Shown here one piece after another: positions 26,953-37,962 of a stretch of DNA of 64,000 nucleotides. Where the stretch lies: NCBI RefSeq assembly GCF_006345805.1, contig NC_043003.1, forward strand, positions 87,916,001 through 87,980,000. The letters run 5' to 3'. This DNA is from Octopus sinensis. Taxonomy: Eukaryota. Positions within the stretch are counted from its first letter, which is position 1. Each line of letters starts with the position of its first letter. The notes beneath the pieces were generated by a model, which did not search any database, was not told the DNA's origin, and saw nothing but the letters and a program-made list of their open reading frames with translations. The translations under genes were made by a program, and so were the position numbers.

Positions 26953-27064
26953 AGGATGAGAAATGTAAATTGGTTGTGAATAATCTTCCATCTGACTGTA
27001 AAGTTGAAGATTTAGCAAAGATGTTTCCTGTTGCTACTGCTATTAAATTATATCCTGCAAAAAG
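26953..27064 (+). CDS. RRM protein exon D (RRM-b first half)
   Basis: tttctgtttcag| acceptor and aaag|gtaagt donor; 112 nt, phase 1 to 2; EDEKCKLVVNNLPSDCKVEDLAKMFPVATAIKLYPAKR, nucleolin-like RNP2 to helix 1. Confidence 0.9.
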
Positions 27065-27200
27065 GTAAGTACTTTAGTAATGAGTTGATCAATTTGAACA
27101 TACCTGGTCAGGCACTTTAGACAAGAATGTTTGATTATAGGCTAGGGTTGACTTGTATGTTATGAGTGGAATTTAGTAGGTGGACACTGCCAAAATATGT

Positions 27201-28407
27201 AGGGCCTTAGAGTCAACCTAGCTAAAACCAAAGTCCTAATAAGTAGGAAGACAGGCAAACCAAAAATCCCTTCAGGTAGATGCCCCTGCTTGATCTGCAG
27301 TAGTGGCATAGGTAGAAACTCTATAAGATGTACCCAGTATAAGCTATGGACACATAAGAGGTGCAGTAATATCAAAGGAAGGCTAACTGGGAAGATAGTT
27401 TTTGTATGTGGCAGATGCTCGGGAGCAATAAACACTGAAAATGCACAGGGAACAACTTCCGCCACATTCCAGGGAGAAAAACTAGAAGTAGTTGATAGCT
27501 TCCGTTACCTAGGTGACCAAGTCAGTAGTGGGGGAGGGTGCACTGAAAGTGTAAGTGCGAGAATAAGAATAGCCTGGGCAAAGTTCAGAGAGCTCTTGCC
27601 TTTGCTGGTGACAAAGGGCCTCTTGCTCAGAGTAAAAGGTAGATTGTATGACGCATGTGTACGAACAGCCATGCTACATGGGCTGTGACTGCTGAGGACA
27701 TGTGTAAGCTCGCGAGGAATGAAGCCACTATGATCCGATGAATGTGTCATGTCAGTGTGCATACTTGACAGAGTGTAAGTACCTTGAGAGAAAAGTTGGA
27801 CCTAAGAAGCATCAGATGTGGTGTGCAAGAGACACGACTGCGCTGGTATGGTCATGTGGCGAGAATGGATGAGGATAGCTGTGTGAAAAAGTGCCACACC
27901 CTAGTGGTTGAGGGAACCTATCGAAAAGGTAGACCCAGGAAGACTTGGGATGAAGTGGTGAAGCATGACCTTCGAACTTTAGGCCTCACTGAGGAAATGA
28001 CTAGTGATTGAGACTTTTGGAAATATGCCGTACTTGAGAAGACCTGATAAGCCAAATGAGACCATAACCTCGTGGCCTATGCCAGGGGCATAACCAGCCC
28101 ACTTTGCTTTCTTTGGACACTAAACTCTGCATGATCGTTAGCAGCATCGCCTTACTGGCACCTGTGCCGGTGGCATGTGTAAAAAGATTCGAGCAAGGTC
28201 GTTGCCAGTACCACCTAACTGGCCCTTTGCTGGTGGTACATTAAAGCACACACTACACTCTTGGAGTGGTTGGCGTTAGGAAGGGCATCCAGCTGTAGAA
28301 ACTCAGCCAGATCAAGATTGGAGCCTGGTGCAGCCATCTGGTTCGCCAGCCCTCAGTCAAATTGTCCAGCCCATGCTAGCATGAAAAGCGGACGTTAAAT
28401 GATGATG
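27201..28407 (+). mobile_element. RTE LINE 3' fragment starting 136 nt after exon D
   Basis: PHD, FRYLG, KTWDEVVKHDLR, short 3' UTR, tail. Confidence 0.9.
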
Positions 28408-28629
28408 ACACATATGCATATAATTATATGTTACTTAATGTATACCCTCATTTATATATATATCTGCATAATTATCACATATTACCTATTACAATATAAT
28501 ACAGTAATAGTGGTTAACTCTGAATAATTACTGTTATGTCAGTAGGGGTATTTTAATACTAGGTTCTAGTTATATTTGGAAAAAGGTATACCCTATTTTA
28601 TGAAAACGGGAAACATTACATTCCTTAAA

Positions 28630-28937
28630 GTTGTTAATAAGCGGAATTTTAGCCCCAATTAGAAAAAAAAATTCATTAATACATAATAAACATTTTCTAT
28701 TATTATTTGCATGCAGGTGCTGATATTAATATTTTCCAGTCTAAATTATAATTAATTCTCCTATCCTTGAGTTCCCATTTGTAGCTAAAATATCTCCTAT
28801 TTCTGTTTCTAAATGTATAGTTGTGATAATTAAGTCTTTGTTTCATATTGTTTTTTGTCGCACCCACATATACCTGACTATCATATTGTATACTTACTAT
28901 ACATTGATATACTACCTCCTTTCTAATGCAGTTAGTA
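28630..28937 (-). mobile_element. Penelope-like (Naiad-type) GIY-YIG remnant
   Basis: VVYQCIV..VYVGATKNNMKQRLNYHNYTF..WELKDRRINYNLDWKIL, then RKCLLCINE. Confidence 0.8.
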
Positions 28938-28941
28938 TTAA

Positions 28942-29123
28942 CCCTTTCGTTACTATATTTCTGACCAAAATACACCCTTCATGAGTTTCAATTAAATTCT
29001 AAAATAATCATGAATTTAGACTAGTTTCATTAAACAACTGTAACTTTTTTACTTATCAACATATTAATGTGATATTTGGAACATAATTAAAGAAAGGGTT
29101 CTTAATCAATTCTATTGCATAAC
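28942..29123 (-). mobile_element. piggyBac terminal fragment, inverted copy of 13399-13580
   Basis: TTAA|CCCTTTCGTTAC at 28938; near-identical reverse complement of 13399-13580. Confidence 0.85.
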
Positions 29124-29312
29124 ATAAGGAGGAGGAGCAAGAGAAAGGGAGAGAAGAAAGGGGAATGGTTGTGAGAAAACCATGAAGAATGAGAGAGAGG
29201 GAGAGACAGTTAAGTAGAAGAAAAGGAAATCAAAGAATGAGGGCTGAGAAAAGGATGGGACAGAAAGGTTAAGAGTGCGCATCAAAATTAATATCAAGAA
29301 CAATCTTACTTA

Positions 29313-29742
29313 GAAAGGGATGCGTGCGCTCCGTCATATAATATATTAATAAATAAAACATGTGCATATATATATATACATATATGTACGTACCTACCTC
29401 TACATGTATATATACACGCATATATGAGTACAGAGCACCAAAAAAATGTCGAACACAATGAGAAACGAAAACATAGACACAAACCCAAGGAACTGGACAT
29501 TTTCCTTGTCCTGTCTTTTACTGCTTATATTTTGTACTGTCATTACTGTCCTGGTTTTGTTACCATTTTTACCCCTCTGCAAAAAGATCTCAAATTTTAT
29601 TCGATTTGCTTATTTTTGGTATCCTGTACTCATATATGCGTGTATATATACATGTAGAGGTAGGTACGTACATATATGTATATATATATGCATATGTTTT
29701 ATTTATTAATATATTATATGACGGAACGCACGCATCCCTTTC
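29313..29742. mobile_element. 430-bp MITE with ~130-bp near-perfect TIRs and TA flanks
   Basis: TA|GAAAGGGATGCGTGCG...CGCACGCATCCCTTTC|TA; 29313-29444 mirrors 29613-29742. Confidence 0.8.
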
Positions 29743-29794
29743 TATATATATATATATGTGTGTGTTTGTGTGTGTATATATATATATATTATAT

Positions 29795-29840
<46 letters not shown>

Positions 29841-29847
29841 TATACAT

Positions 29848-32278
29848 ATCCATTAACGCCTGTTTTCCATGCTAGCATGGGTTGGACGGTTCAACCAGGG
29901 TCTGGGAAACCAGGAGGCTGCGCCAGGCTCCAGTCTGATCTGGCAGTGTTTCTACAGATGGATGCCCTTCCTAGCGCCAACCACTCTGTGAGTGTAGTTG
30001 GTGGTTTTTATGTGCCACTGGCACAGGGGCGAGAGGAGGCTGGCAAACGGCCACGATCTGTTGGTGCATTGTATGTGTCACCGACAAGGACGCCAGCCAG
30101 ACGGCGCTGGCATCAGCCACTTTCTGAACTACAATTTCCATTTGATTTATATTTTGATGTTGGTGTTGAGGTACTTGACTCAATAGGTCTCCTCAAGAAC
30201 AGCGGGTCACTCTATGATCCAAGGTTAGCACAGCCGGCCAGCCTGTGAGGCATGTACTCACTTCATTTGTTAGGTCTTCACAGTCACAGCATATCTCAGA
30301 AGTTTCAGTCTTCATCATTTCCTCTGTGTGGCTCAACTTGCCACCGGCACGGGTATCAGAATATCCATTCAATTTATTTTGATGTTGATGTACTTGACAC
30401 AGTAGGTCTCCTCAAGCATAGCAGGCCGTCCTGCAAGCCATGAACTCACTTCATTTGTCGGGTCTTCGAAGTTACAGCATATCTGCAGAGGTCTCGGCCT
30501 TTCGTCATAGCCTCTGTGAGGCCCAACGTACGAGGGTCATGCTTGAGCACCTCGTCCCATGTCTTCCTGGGTCTACCTCTACCCCGGATTCCTTCAACAG
30601 TTTGGAAGTGGTACTTCTTCACACATCTCTCCTCATCCATCTGTGGTACATGACCACACCAACTCAAACGTCACTCCAGCATGCCGCATCCGATGCTTCT
30701 TATGTCCAACATTTCTCTCAGGGCGCTTACACTCTGTCGTGCATGTACACTGACATTACACATCCAGTGGATCATGCTAGCTTCATTTCTTTCGAGCCTA
30801 TGCATGTCCTCTGCAGTCACAGCCCATGTTTCACTGCCGTGAAGCATGGCAGTTTGCACACATGCGTCGTTCAATCTATCTTTCACTCTGAGCGAGAGAC
30901 CCCTTGTTGCCAGTAGGGGAAGAAGCTTTCTAAATTTTCCCAGGCTATTATTATTCTATTGGTAACACTCCCTGAGCATCCACCCCCACTACTAACTTGG
31001 TCACCTAGGTAGCGAAAACTATCAACTACTTCTAGTTTCTCCCCCAGGAGTGTAATGGAATCTGTTTTCTGAGTATCAATGGTGTCTATTGTCCCTGTGC
31101 ATCTGCCGCATAGGAAAGCTATCTTCTCGGTTAATTTTCCTTTGATGTTGCTGCACCTCTTATGTATCCATAGCTTAGACTGGGAACAACTTATAGAGGT
31201 TTCTACCTACACCTTTTCTACAGATCAAGCAGGGTCACTTACCTGAAGGGGTGTGTAGTGAGTTTGCCTTCCTGCTTACTAGAACTTTGGTCTTTGCTAC
31301 ATTGACTCTAAGGCCTTTTGATTCTAAACCTAGCTTCCACACACGAAATTTCTTCTTTAGTTTCGGTAGTGATTCTGCTACGAGGGCTAGGTCATCAGCA
31401 TAGAGGAGCTCCCTGGGGCAACCCGTCTTGAATTCCTCTGTTATTTTCTGGATGACTATGATGAATAAAAGCGACTGAGGGCTTATCCTTGGTGGACACC
31501 AACTTCTACCCGGAATTCTTCACTATACTCATTGCCAATCCTAACCTTATCAGCAGCCTCTCTGTAAAGGGCCTGTACAGCCCTTATTAACCATTCATCA
31601 ATCTCCAGTTTCCGCATCGCCCACCAGATAAGTGATTGGGGGACCTTGTCAAAGGCTTTCTACAAGTCCACAAAAGCTAAGTATAGGGGTTTATCTTTGG
31701 CTAGGTATTTTTCCTGCAGTTGTTGAACTGCCATTGGTGCTTCTAGCCGGCACCAAACTGAACTGCATTTTATCTAAGCAGATCTTCTCCCTGATGATAT
31801 GGGGTATGACCTTCTCTGTGACCTTCATTTCCTGGTCCAGCAGTTTGATACCCCTGTAGTTATTTCTATCTAGAGCATCACCTTTACACTTGTAGCAGTT
31901 GACTATGGTGCTGCTACGCAAGTCGTTGGGTATGACTCCATCATGAACTACCTGATTTACAATGCGGGTGACTAGGCCATAGTCCATACCACCAGATGTT
32001 TTAAGCATCTTAGCAATGATTCCTGATGGACTAGAGGCTTTTCCTGGCTTAATACCCTTAATTGCTTTATCTACTAGGGAACTGTCTATTGGGATAGCTG
32101 GTCCTTCTACTGGGTCAACATTTGAAAGGCTCTCCTCCTCCCATTCATTCTCCACATTCAGCAGTCTTTCATAATGGCTTCTCCAAGCCTCTTTCTTTTC
32201 AGAATCATTAAAAGCAAATGCACCATCAGCCATTTCTCTCCTGTGACATCACAATTTTCTCTCATACACTGTCTTGCG
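29848..32278 (-). mobile_element. older RTE LINE copy, 5'-truncated and frameshifted
   Basis: ORF pieces 31691-32233 and 30446-30886, PHD remnant, 3' UTR and tail in (TA/CA)n. Confidence 0.9.
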
Positions 32279-32334
32279 TATACACACACATATATATGTA
32301 TGTGCGTGTGTATACATGTATATTTGTATGTATG

Positions 32335-32772
32335 TCATCATCATCGTTTAACGTCCGCTTTCCATGCTAGCATGGGTTGGACGGTTCAACTGGGGTCTGG
32401 GAAGCCCGAAGGCTGCACCAGGCCAGTCAGATCTGGCAGTGTTTCTACAGCTGGATGCCCTTCCTAACACCAACCACTCCGTGAGTGTAGTGGGTGCTTT
32501 TTATGTGCCACCGACACAGGTGCCAGACGAGGCTGGCGAATGGCCACACTCGGATGGTGTTTTTTACGTGCCACCGGCACAGAGGCCAGGCGAGGCTGGC
32601 ATGGCCACGATCGGATGGTGTTTGTTATGTGCCACCAGCACGGAGGCCAATTGATGCGGTACTGGCTACGGCCACGTTCGGATGGTTTTCTTATGTGCCA
32701 CCGGCACTGGTACCACAAAACTACAAATTCCATTGATTTTGATCGATTTTGATTTGATTCTTTGATCTTTGG
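32335..32772 (-). mobile_element. RTE 3' UTR-only copy in microsatellite
   Basis: same subfamily as the 3' UTR at 59968-60570; TA/CA repeats on both sides. Confidence 0.9.
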
Positions 32773-32802
32773 TGTATATATATATATATGTGTGTATGTA
32801 TG

Positions 32803-32835
<33 letters not shown>

Positions 32836-32939
32836 ATATAATAAGATTTTATAGTTTGCTTGAAGCATTGTATATGGAATATAATGTTGAAAGATTTAAA
32901 AGGCCAAAGAATGCAAATTGATTTTAAGATGAGGTAAAA

Positions 32940-33972
32940 ACTAAAAGTAAGTTATCTGGTAATCTTTAGTCGTATATGTATCCAATATTTCGGGACATAG
33001 AAGTCCCTTCTTCAGGGTTAAAAAGGAACTGTCCTTGGAAAGGTGTTTTTTGTTGGAGATAAAATAATTTTATGATTATATTTGAATTTTCAAGCATTTC
33101 TCTTTGTGAATGTTAGTGGTGTCATTTATTAACTTATTGCTCCACAAATCAATTTTCATCACCTCTTTTCTAATATGTAGCAAATGTGCCTGTGTCATGT
33201 TATGTATTGCTTGCCTAGCTCCAGTCTGTTATTTATTTGTGTGTTTAATTTATAGATATTCAAAGCTTCCTTAATTTTTAAGTTGCCGAGATTTCTATCA
33301 TTGGCTTCAATAGTAACTTTAATTTGTTTGTTGATATTTTTACATTTATCAATGTGTTTTCTAAATGAGGATGCGCGTGTGTTGAGATGTTCCTTAATGC
33401 GAGTATGCAAAATTTGATTTGTGTTGCCTATATAATATGCCTTACATTTGTTGCAGTCTATTCAGTATACTACATGTGTCCACTAGCACATACCTGTAAT
33501 GCGGATTGGACAGTTAGTTAATGAGCATTGATTGTTATCTCTAGATTGCTTTTTATTCAGGTATCTACGCAGTGAGGGGCCGGAGTGTGCTAATTGTATG
33601 TCTAGTCCTTCGTTGCGTATGGCTCTACGAAATTGCTATGGTTGTGCTTTCATTGAAATGTGGTAATTTCATAAAGCAGGTGTTAGAGAAGGTCTCATGT
33701 CTGGGGCTCTTTTGGTTTTTAATTTGGTTTATTGTCGATGTAGGGTAGCCATTGAGCCTCAGTATATCTATGAAGTGTGTGGTGTGAGTAATCTGGTCCT
33801 CAACTTTGCTACATTTATTTTTGATACGTGCTAGTTCATTTCTTATGTATCTCGTTTTAGCATCTAGGGGTAGGGCTGACCTTTAATTCACAAACAGTTC
33901 TCTTCTGGCAACTTTCTTATAGAAGTTGGTGTATATATTACCTCCCTTTGTTATTTTAAGCTGGAAGTCTAG
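32940..33972 (-). mobile_element. Penelope-like element 3' part (RT C-terminus, GIY-YIG, downstream pLTR region)
   Basis: LDFQLKI..IYTNFYKK, LRLNGYP, VVY.IDCNKCKAYYIGNT..LHTRIKEH..FRKH..IKEAL.I..IN. Confidence 0.85.
32978..33021 (-). ncRNA. minimal type I hammerhead ribozyme motif
   Basis: minus strand cc-CUGAAGA-A-gggac-uucuau-guccc-GAA-AUAU-U-gg: catalytic core, 5-bp stem II, palindromic stem III, directly 3' of a Penelope ORF. Confidence 0.7.
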
Positions 33973-33974
33973 TA

Positions 33975-35520
33975 GAGATAATGCAAAATCCTGAATATGA
34001 GGTATTGTATATTTATCGAGTTTTTCAGATGGTAAATGTCTAGGATGCGAGAAAACGGGAGATCCATTGGTGGTTATATAATGAGTATTTGTATGTGCTG
34101 AAGCATTGACATTAAAAGTTAAATTAGTTAATTCAGGAAAGAATTGAGGCAAGACCTGATATTTATCTGTTTGATTTGCAATAAAAAATAGTGGGCTGAC
34201 AGAAGTGGAATTGAAATGTTTTCCTAAAGTGTATAACTATGTATTGCTATCGATGTCTCTTTCTTTTGACATCCACTAATAGAGAAAAATGATAGAGAAA
34301 ATCAGCTCCTAAAATGGAGTGAGGAAGGTCAGCAATGATAAAAACCCACTGGAAACTTCGTCTGAGATTCAGGTCCAGTGTGAGTGAAATCTCACTGAAA
34401 GTATTAATAGGAGAGCAGTTGACTGCTTGAAGAGATATATCAGAAGCGAAAAGTTTTTCTTCGACAAATTTAAAGGGTCATGTATTGCAGAACACTCCGA
34501 AATCTACTAGAAATTCCTTCTTAGACTTAAAATCAAGTATGAAAAATGCGTGACTAGGAGAAAATGTGCCTGGAACTGCAGTCACGCTTGGAGTTCAGCG
34601 TTTTAGTTTTCCCGAGTTTTGAATGTACAAGGTGAAATATATCTCTTAGCTGCAGACCAAACTTGTAATGATACCAGCAAACAGTTTTTGATCTGCTGGG
34701 AGAACAGGAACTAGAATGATGATAACGACAAGGTGAAGAACTTCTATTGATATGCAAGAGACGAATTTCTGCGACTAGCTTAGGTATAGTACTCTGTGTA
34801 GATTCACGAAATTCTTTGAATTCAGAAGAAACTGCAGCAACTGACTAAGGAGAATTGTTCTGTTCTGGAGTAGATTTTCTATACTCCAAAATTTTATCTG
34901 CTGATGCTGCAAGTTTGTCAACTGTGCTAACATCAGTCAAATGGGCGAGCATACCTTGAACAAACCATGGTAATCTGGAGAAAAAGAGTTGTTTAAGCAA
35001 CTTACTTTCAGCAGGGTTGTCCTCTGTGAGCTGGCACATTTTTCTGAGCATTTCCAATGGGGTTCTGTCTCCTAAATGCTCGTTGTTGAGAAGTTTTAAA
35101 AACTTCTTTTCTGAAGAGAACAAAGTTCGTCATAAAATTTCAGTTTTGATTGATGAATATGTTGCATCTGCTGGTGGAGCTGTAATATCTTGCAATTCTC
35201 CAGTTAATGGTGGTGGTATAGAGCTAAGTAAAATGTAGAGCTGCTGTTGGTCTGAATTGTGTTTGTTTGCTGAGAAAAATGCTTCTAACTGGGCAAACGA
35301 GATGGTATCGCCTGTAAAAATTGGTATTACTGGATAATTCATAGTAGATATCATCATATGAGTTGATGATAATTCATTTGAAGAAAATTGTGACATGGAA
35401 AGTATTTGAATATAACTAAATTATTCTCTCATTGGTTGGTTACCAATTTATGTGGTAGAATTCTCCAAGGTAGAATTCGGGATCCACATTGGTTGGTCAC
35501 CAATTTATCTAGTGTAGAAT
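33975..35520 (-). mobile_element. Ty3/Gypsy (CsRN1-like) gag-protease-RT remnant
   Basis: FAQLEAFF..PP..Y..IK; LGDRTPLEMLRKM..LFFSRLP; CWYHYKFG knuckle; FLVDFG protease; HYITTNGSPVFSHPRHL; KYTIPHIQDF; PBS-like TGGTGACC at 35502. Confidence 0.85.
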
Positions 35521-36102
35521 ATATGATCAGTATCAAGTATTGAAATGGCTGTGTGTATATTATTAGAAGAATTCTTACAGAGAAGAAGAATAAATTTAGG
35601 AACTATATATTTACTCCATAAAAATATATTTTATTCACTGGTTGTTGATGAAATATAATTGAAATGTAGAATCTAGTTGAATGAAGTAACCTATGCAAAG
35701 AAGTTCAGAAATGTAGAAATAACACTTCAGTGGTGGTTTTCAGTCATGTGGCATAGAGAAATAGACAGACATGGCAAGGATGTGAATGGTTCAGTCTGGT
35801 TGACTAAGAAGCAAAGAGCAGGGCAAAGAAACTGTTTTTATTAATGGAACACTAGACAATCTAGAAACTTCCAAGAGAAATGCGAAGCTTCTTGAATAAT
35901 TAAGAATTACTTCTCATGAAGTAGAATCTTCCGAGAAACTTATTAAAAGGAGATTACTCTATAACACTTCTTGCAAGATAGCTCATTCAACTATGTATGT
36001 GTATATATATATATGTGTGTGTGTGTGTATATACATATAAATAGTGTATATGTATATATATATATATATGTGTAAGAGGTCATTATATGTGTATATATAT
36101 AT

Positions 36103-36140
36103 ATCCTCATCGTTTAACGTCCGCTTTCCATGCTAGCATG
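36103..36140 (-). mobile_element. 38-nt RTE 3'-terminal stub inside (TA)n
   Basis: atcctcatcgtttaacgtccgctttccatgctagcatg, TA repeats on both sides. Confidence 0.8.
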
Positions 36141-36164
36141 ATGTATATATGTACATGTATGTAT

Positions 36165-36415
36165 ATATGGAGGCAAGAAGAATTGCTAACAATCTTAAAA
36201 TTAGTGATAGGGATAGAATATCTCCTCCCTCGCCATCCTTTTATTACCATAAAGCTAATTTTAATAGAAACCCTAAATGTAGATTGATTAATCCGGTTAA
36301 AACTGAAAGAGGTATTATTAGCAAATATATTTTAGATTGTATTTTAGCTAAGATAGTGAATTAAATTTACGGATTTGGAAAAACACCAAGTCAGTAATAG
36401 ATTGGTTTAAAGGAA
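36165..36415 (+). mobile_element. Penelope-like (Naiad-type) RT N-terminal remnant
   Basis: EARRIANNLKISDR, HKANFNRNPKCRLINPVKTERGIISKYILD, WKNTKSVIDWFK. Confidence 0.75.
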
Positions 36416-37299
36416 TTAGCCATGAACATAATTGCTAATTGACGCAGTTTTATATTGTTGATTTTTACCTGTCAATATCCAGGCCTTTGCTCCTAAAAGC
36501 TGTTGGCAACATGAAACTGGTATCCAGTTTTTGTTTATAGTGAAACAAAAAAATGGAGAAAGAATCTCAAAATTTGCAGTGCTCAGATACCTTGTAAAAT
36601 ACTATCAGATAGTGTAACTCATTTGCTTACCTAGTTAAACTATGTGTGTTCGTGAATGTACTAATGTGATTTGTGTGAAATTCTCATTTAAATATGAATG
36701 CGTCAATTCAGCTGGATTCAGGCAAGTTGGAATCATTCAATATTTAATTTCTCAGCTGGCTTCATGCAGGTTGGTATCAAAAGAGTTAAGGCTACTCAGA
36801 TGGTAGACAACCAATTGTATCATTTCAACAAAAGTCAAATACCGCATCTCTTTTAATGATTATATCACATTCTACCGTCTCCTTGAAATGAGTGGCCGTT
36901 TGCCTTTATATTGTGTATTTTATTTTACTGTAATGTATGTTTAAATCCAAGCTGTCTCTGATCAAGCAAAACTACGCTCAGAGCCAGTTTGATTTTAATA
37001 GGCCCACTTTATATAATATGTCCTTTTTCTTTCTAATGTTGAAAAGATATGGCTTGAGAGATATTTGACTGCTGTTTCTAACAGTAATCACATACAGGTT
37101 CGCATATTGACTTGCCTGCTTCAATATATTTGGGATGTGTTTCCTCCTATATTTGCAACATGGTTAGTAACGCTTGATTCTTGACATGCTAATGGAATTC
37201 TCTAACAAGATTGTTTCTATTTCATTTAAAATATGTTAATGCCACAGCTAATGTGTTGAACTATTACATCTAATAAGTTTTATTCATATTTCGTTTCAG

Positions 37300-37427
37300 A
37301 TATGCAATTGTGAAGAATGCAAAACAAGCTGCACCACTGTCTGATGAGAATGCACAGAAAGCTAAAGTTGATGAAAGTTGTATGGAACAAAAAGTACCCA
37401 AGAAGAAAGTGAAGAAGTCAAAGCCAT
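37300..37427 (+). CDS. RRM protein exon E (RNP1-like RYAIV, then Lys-rich linker)
   Basis: tttcgtttcag| acceptor, weak ccat|gtagga donor; phase 2 to 1 matches both neighbours; YAIVKNAKQAAPLSDENAQKAKVDESCMEQKVPKKKVKKSKP. Read-through would stop at TGA 37451-37453. Confidence 0.75.
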
Positions 37428-37962
37428 GTAGGAAAAATATTCTGTATTTCTGATTTTGTTACAATGCTTTGTATAAAATTTAACACTTTCATTGTCAATG
37501 ACTAGGTATCTGAATGGATCTTCAATGTAGGAACTGATTGGAAATGAGTGACAGAATAAGTAGGAGTGTGAGGAGATGAGAGATGGGGGAGATGATTGGC
37601 AGTGCAGTACAGCAGAATATTAACAGTGATAGAGTAGACAAGAGAAGGGCAAGAAAGGTAACAAAGGGGGAAGAGACAGGCATAGTGTATGGGGGGGGGG
37701 GGGATGAGAGACATAATGATGCAGTAAGACACCTGGGCATTTAAGAGAAGTTATTTCCAGTGTGCTCATAGTATATACTGCTACAGTGCAATGCACGCGA
37801 CATGTTCTCCAATAGTCTGCCTCTTATTTCTTTACACCTTTTGTGTCCATAGCTTACTACTGTGTATAGGTTATACCTGCTCCTTTTTTGCATGTTGAAC
37901 AAGGCCATTTCCCTGAAGATACCAGGGTTTTGTCTTCTTTCATATTAACTAGCACCTTAGTC

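Noticed and set aside
29676-30248. 190-aa ORF and other YI/CV-rich ORFs
   Set aside because: Read-through of stop-poor microsatellites and RTE UTR; most short ORFs in the track are shadows of repeats.
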